This document shows positions 59,941-64,000 of a stretch of DNA of 64,000 bases, piece by piece. Where the stretch lies: contig NC_135244.1 in the NCBI RefSeq assembly GCF_947623445.1, positions 13,142,860 through 13,206,859 of the forward strand, read 5' to 3'. The notes under the pieces were generated by a model. That model saw nothing but the letters and a program-made list of their open reading frames with translations, searched no databases and was not told where the DNA came from. Positions within the stretch are counted from its first letter, which is position 1; each line of letters starts with the position of its first letter. Made by a program: the position numbers and the translations under genes. Source of the stretch: Clavelina lepadiformis. Lineage: Eukaryota.

Positions 59941-62460
59941 TATTCATGTTCAAATTTGTATCTTTTGTATCGTTTTATTAATGTTTAAATTTTCTTCTTG
60001 CCAATATACAGTATTTTTAGTGTTGTTAATTATTTTAGTCAGCAAAGAGCGGTGGTGATATATAACTGTTATCGTTTGTAGTCAATCATAATTTTTTTTA
60101 AATCGGAGGCACATTGGCATTGTTTAAGTCGACTGAAATTATGTTGGCAACGTACTAGGCTACTATGGTATAGTTGGGTTCCTCGTTACTGAGAGCATTG
60201 GAATCGTCCAACAAACACCAACTATGATAAATTCACCGTGAGCGTTCCTCAAAGCAAGCAAACCGGTCCCTGATGTTGCTAGTCTAACATGTGCGTTTCC
60301 AATGAATGTCATCGCTCGAAATTCGAAACTTATATTACTCATGGTTTTGCTTATTTTGTTTTGTACGGCTCTAGTAAATAAGAGTATACCGTAATTTCTG
60401 AGGTTTGGGCACAATAAAAAGTGAAGTATTGTTCAGAAATGTCTGAAGTATCAAACAGTAGTTTTGCTTTTTGAAAAAAAAAAACAGAATCACTCGTTTT
60501 CATATAAGGAAATGAAGCTACTGTAACTACGGAGAATTTCAATAAAATCCCATCGTTAATGTTGAATACGATGCCAGTATAGCGTAAAAAAGACTGTGAA
60601 GTTGCAACGGGAGAGAGATACAGAGTGAATGATAAATCGTTAAAATGCTTGTTTTTTTGCTGAGAACTAATGAAATAATATACATTCACTCACTAAGTCG
60701 TACATTCACTTTTGGAAGATAAAATTACTACTACATTTTCATCTCAAGCATGCAGTTTTATTTCAACGTTGTAGCAACATATGAAAGGCAAAGTACGACT
60801 CAGGCCTACAATCCTACTTTGCGTCGTAGTCATGAAGGCTACTTTTCAAATTCTTCGAGTGACGAAATAAGAGTAGAAAATATCTCCGAGCACTTTGATG
60901 CTACTTCAGCAGCATGGGGACATTCGGGAACCATCAGGCTAATGTTGTTGCCAATGCTGCTTCTGCATTTGGAGACTTTATCTTACTTGCTGTTGTATGA
61001 AGTAGGCCTATGTGTTTGTCTACCAAAGCTAATCATGGTTATGTTTTAGTTGCAGCATGCTATGCGTTTGCAACATTTATGTTAGTTCATGAACCTTGTT
61101 TTATATGTTCCGTGTGTTGTATTGTTTGTGCAATGATCTCAATAAAAGCCAACCAATTACACTAGAACGGAGTCTTGGAAATTGCGGGTCAAAGTTAACC
61201 GCAAATTCGTCAAAGATTTTATTTGCATTTTAGGCTACATCGCCTGGTAGTGGCCAAAACTGGATATAGGGAATTCTTTCTTTTTACAAAGTGAAACTGA
61301 CCAATTCATGCATAAATTCCACCGAAGGAAAGATTTAACGAAATACTTTCTAGCTATGTGCCGAATGAAATTATTTAACCTGAACCCTATATCGATAACC
61401 AGACTTTTCCAAAAAATTTGACCGGATAGTTTGACATAGCCTATTTTAGTTTCCCATTTCTTGCGCTACTATCAGCCTCGCATTCCATGTGGTGCGTAGT
61501 AATGACGTCAACACTCTCCATCTACAATCCATGTCAACTTTCGGTTTTCCGCAGACCGTCTTTATCACAGTGACTGTTTACCAGAATACGGAGGTACTAA
61601 CCATAACCTGGTTCTATATATTGACACAATGACTTTGTGTGATGAGAAAATGATGAATATATGTATTAGGCCTATTCTTTATGCATATAAGCCTACCTTT
61701 AACACAACGTGCTTAAATCTTTGTCTTGAGGGTAAGAAAGCTTAAGTTTGACAACAATCAATTCCCAAGACGATTTCGTTCCGACGGTGGAAGAAGCAAT
61801 AATGAAACAAATCTTTGAGCACATTATTACACGGAGCCAAGATATCTGCCCAGTCCATACCAGAAGAGCAGGTTGAAAGAAAGGCAAACCAAAAGGTTCT
61901 CGTATCGATGGTGTTGCTTTGCTAAAAATGCTGAATCAAAATACCAAGCGTCCTATGCAGTGCTTCAAGCTGCCATAAATGGGTTAAGTTTTTCAACATG
62001 CAAATCCATGACTAAACCATCCAGCATGGAAATAAAATATTTCAACTACCATCTCTCAACAACTTGCTATCACTCAAGAGTTTGAAGTGCTTCTATTGTA
62101 GGGTTACCATATTTGATAATGTGCAATCCCTGACAAATTTACCTCAGTTGCATTGACTAACTTTAGAATATTACCAAAGTACATTGCCGCAATTGCTTTT
62201 TTGTGATAAACACGAAACAATACAAAAACAGCAAAGAAATGTTGCACTGCAATACACGAATGCAAGTTTTCTTTTAAACAGTAACATTTATGAAAACGAA
62301 AATTAGCACAGAATTTTACAAAATACGCTCCAAAGTAATTACAAGAAATGAACGTATAGCAGTTTAAAAACAATACTCTACTCTCCCTCATACCAATCGT
62401 TCTTTTCCGTAGATTTTCTTTTTTTCAACAAGCTCTTGTTGGACTTCAAAAACACGGTTC

Positions 62461-62605
62461 TAGGTCGATTCAACCCACGGACGATTCAACCAAGGACCAT
62501 TCAACCTAGGACGATTCAACCAAGCACCATTCAACCTAGGACGATTCAACCAAGGACCATTCAATCCACGGACGATTCAACCCACGGACGATTCAACCAC
62601 CGGAG
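62461..62605. repeat. minisatellite, 15-bp unit (CGATTCAACCAAGGA) x about 9.5
   Basis: Gives the PRTIQ-repeat artefact ORF 62436..62687. Confidence 0.8.
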
Positions 62606-63371
62606 GATTTACTACTACGAGCTACGCAGTTCGTTATCAGGCACGGATGCCGTTTTTACTACTATACCAATACACATCTTGTGTTGAAATAAAAACAAGT
62701 TTATGTATCGTGTTGTAACCAGTTGGCCTGTTTAGCGAAAAATAAATAAAGCCTACACGTCGATTAAAAGTCAAACCTTAGAAAGAACTGTTTGTTGATG
62801 GGAATGAAGATTTCCCGCAAAAAAGTTTGAATCGGGAGATCGCGAACATTTTGAAAGTACAGTAGTATAAGTTGCTTGTCTCCAGTCAATTTATTATTTT
62901 GAAAATAAACGAATAGCCTTTCCTATAGCAGAGAGAGGGATTCTGTGTGCTATAATTCTGCTTATTTCGTTGTGATTAGTTTGAAGTTTGTACCTGAACA
63001 AAATACGGTACGATTGCAATGATATCATAACCGTTAACCACGACGTACAGGCCTATTCAGGATGGCCTAACTTTAGACTCTAGACCAGTGCTTCTCAAAC
63101 CGGGCCACTTGGCTCACTAAAGGAGGAATTTTGAGTTCCAGGGAGGAAATTTGCACGAGGGGGGAATTGGGGAGGAAAAACTGAAGATGAAAAAAAACTT
63201 AATTTTTTAATTTTATTTGTAACAGAAAAATCCGCTCGAAGAGGTTGTTTAGATAGATGTCTGCAATAGTGCGTGAGGACAAGCTCCTTACCTGCAGTGA
63301 CTGACGTTATAAACGTGTCTGTTTGGTTCATAATGGCTATTGTTTTCTCTTTATTGTTAGTAAGGTACGTA

Positions 63372-63560
63372 TAGAACTAGCTAGTAAGTAAGGTACAGTA
63401 GATTAGATAGATTAGATTAGGATTAGGAGGTTTATTAGATTAGTTACATATTAAATTGCTTAGCTTTCTTAGTTTAGAACTAGCTAGTAAGTAAGATACA
63501 GTAGATTAGATAGATTAGATTAGGAGGTTTATTAGATTAGTTACATATTAAATTGCTTAG
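63372..63560. repeat. tandem duplication about 105 bp x 2 rich in GATTAGAT microrepeats
   Basis: gaactagctagtaagtaag.tacagtagattagatagattagattagga...ggtttattagattagttacatattaaattgcttagct appears twice. Confidence 0.6.
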
Positions 63561-63776
63561 CTAATGGCTGCAGCATTCAAAAAGGGGAAGAAATAGACTG
63601 CTAGCTAATTTTTTCTAATGGACAGTAATTTTTAACAAAACTCAACAGTAACGAGTAATAATTGCTGTCCTAATGTTAAGTACTTAGTTATTACAGATAC
63701 TTCACTTTTACTTTTCAGTAGTGCGAAAGCAATACTCAAATATATACGTAGACTGTAGAGTATTTTAAGCTCGAAA

Positions 63777-64000
63777 TGCCAAGAAAGATAATTTCAGATA
63801 ACGTGTTTTCATCGAATAACAGCGAGAGAAAGAGGACTCGTGTATACTCTGGAAGCTATCTAAAGCTAGGATTTGTTCCAGATTCTACTGACGAAACAAA
63901 ACCGTACTGCTTGTTGTGCTGTAAATCTCTTTGTAATGATTCGATGAGAAACCAAAAACTGAAAGATCATCTCAAAAATGTTCACTCAGAGCATGCAGGG
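63777..64000 (+). CDS. hAT (Buster/ZBED5-like) transposase, N-terminal 74 aa, open at window end
   Basis: MPRKIISDNVFSSNNSERKRTRVYSGSYLKLGFVPDSTDETKPYCLLCCKSLCNDSMRNQKLKDHLKNVHSEH. Same YLKxGF...P.CLLC..L.N.SM....LK.HL...H box as the 46777..47412 copy, but a different sequence. No stop before the end of the window. Confidence 0.55.

Larger units (their letters stand above)
63095..64000 (+). mobile_element. 5' part of a hAT (Buster-like) transposon extending beyond the window
   Basis: TIR-like CAGTGCTTCTCAAACC at 63095. Open transposase frame from ATG about 63777 to the window end. Confidence 0.45.

Noticed and set aside
62436-62687. ORF encoding PRTIQ repeats
   Set aside because: Translation of a 15-bp minisatellite. 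Not a gene.

Overview
This window is AT-rich (about 36% GC), intron-rich metazoan (invertebrate) nuclear DNA, not prokaryotic. It carries three multi-exon host genes, all on the + strand. I reconstructed each by spliced homology with consistent GT-AG phases. (1) Cystinosin (CTNS, lysosomal PQ-loop cystine transporter): 9 coding exons, 9196..14046. (2) Adducin (ADD, with the C-terminal MARCKS-like basic tail): 15 confident coding exons, 20984..33287, plus one candidate 5' exon. (3) Fanconi anemia group I protein (FANCI): 28 coding exons, 38236..59940, about 1352 aa. The six-frame ORF track mostly reports single exons or intron read-through, and it accepts TTG/GTG/CTG as start codons. Introns and intergenic DNA are full of transposable elements. 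There are several hAT-type MITEs and elements with 8-bp target-site duplications (TSDs) and CAGGGG/CAGTG-type terminal inverted repeats (TIRs). A Mutator-like (MULE) element has TIRs built from 19-bp tandem subrepeats and carries a truncated transposase. A small non-autonomous LTR element (terminal-repeat retrotransposon in miniature, TRIM-like) has two roughly 393-bp LTRs, a polypurine tract (PPT) and a 4-bp AATG TSD. There is also a degenerate LINE reverse-transcriptase (RT) fragment, a 235-bp tandem satellite and several minisatellites. A hAT (Buster/ZBED-like) element starts near 63095 with its transposase ORF running off the window end. No rRNA, tRNA or CRISPR was recognised. Points of interest: a probable GC-AG intron in FANCI right after the exon carrying the conserved ubiquitination-lysine and S/TQ cluster; identical LTR bodies with divergent LTR 3' ends; two long unexplained ORFs inside a 6-kb FANCI intron; a cluster of palindromic cAMP-response-element (CRE, TGACGTCA)-like sites about 1 kb upstream of FANCI. 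Coordinates were cross-checked against ORF-track anchors where possible; a few exon boundaries (FANCI exons 10, 11 and 13; ADD exon 1) remain ambiguous.
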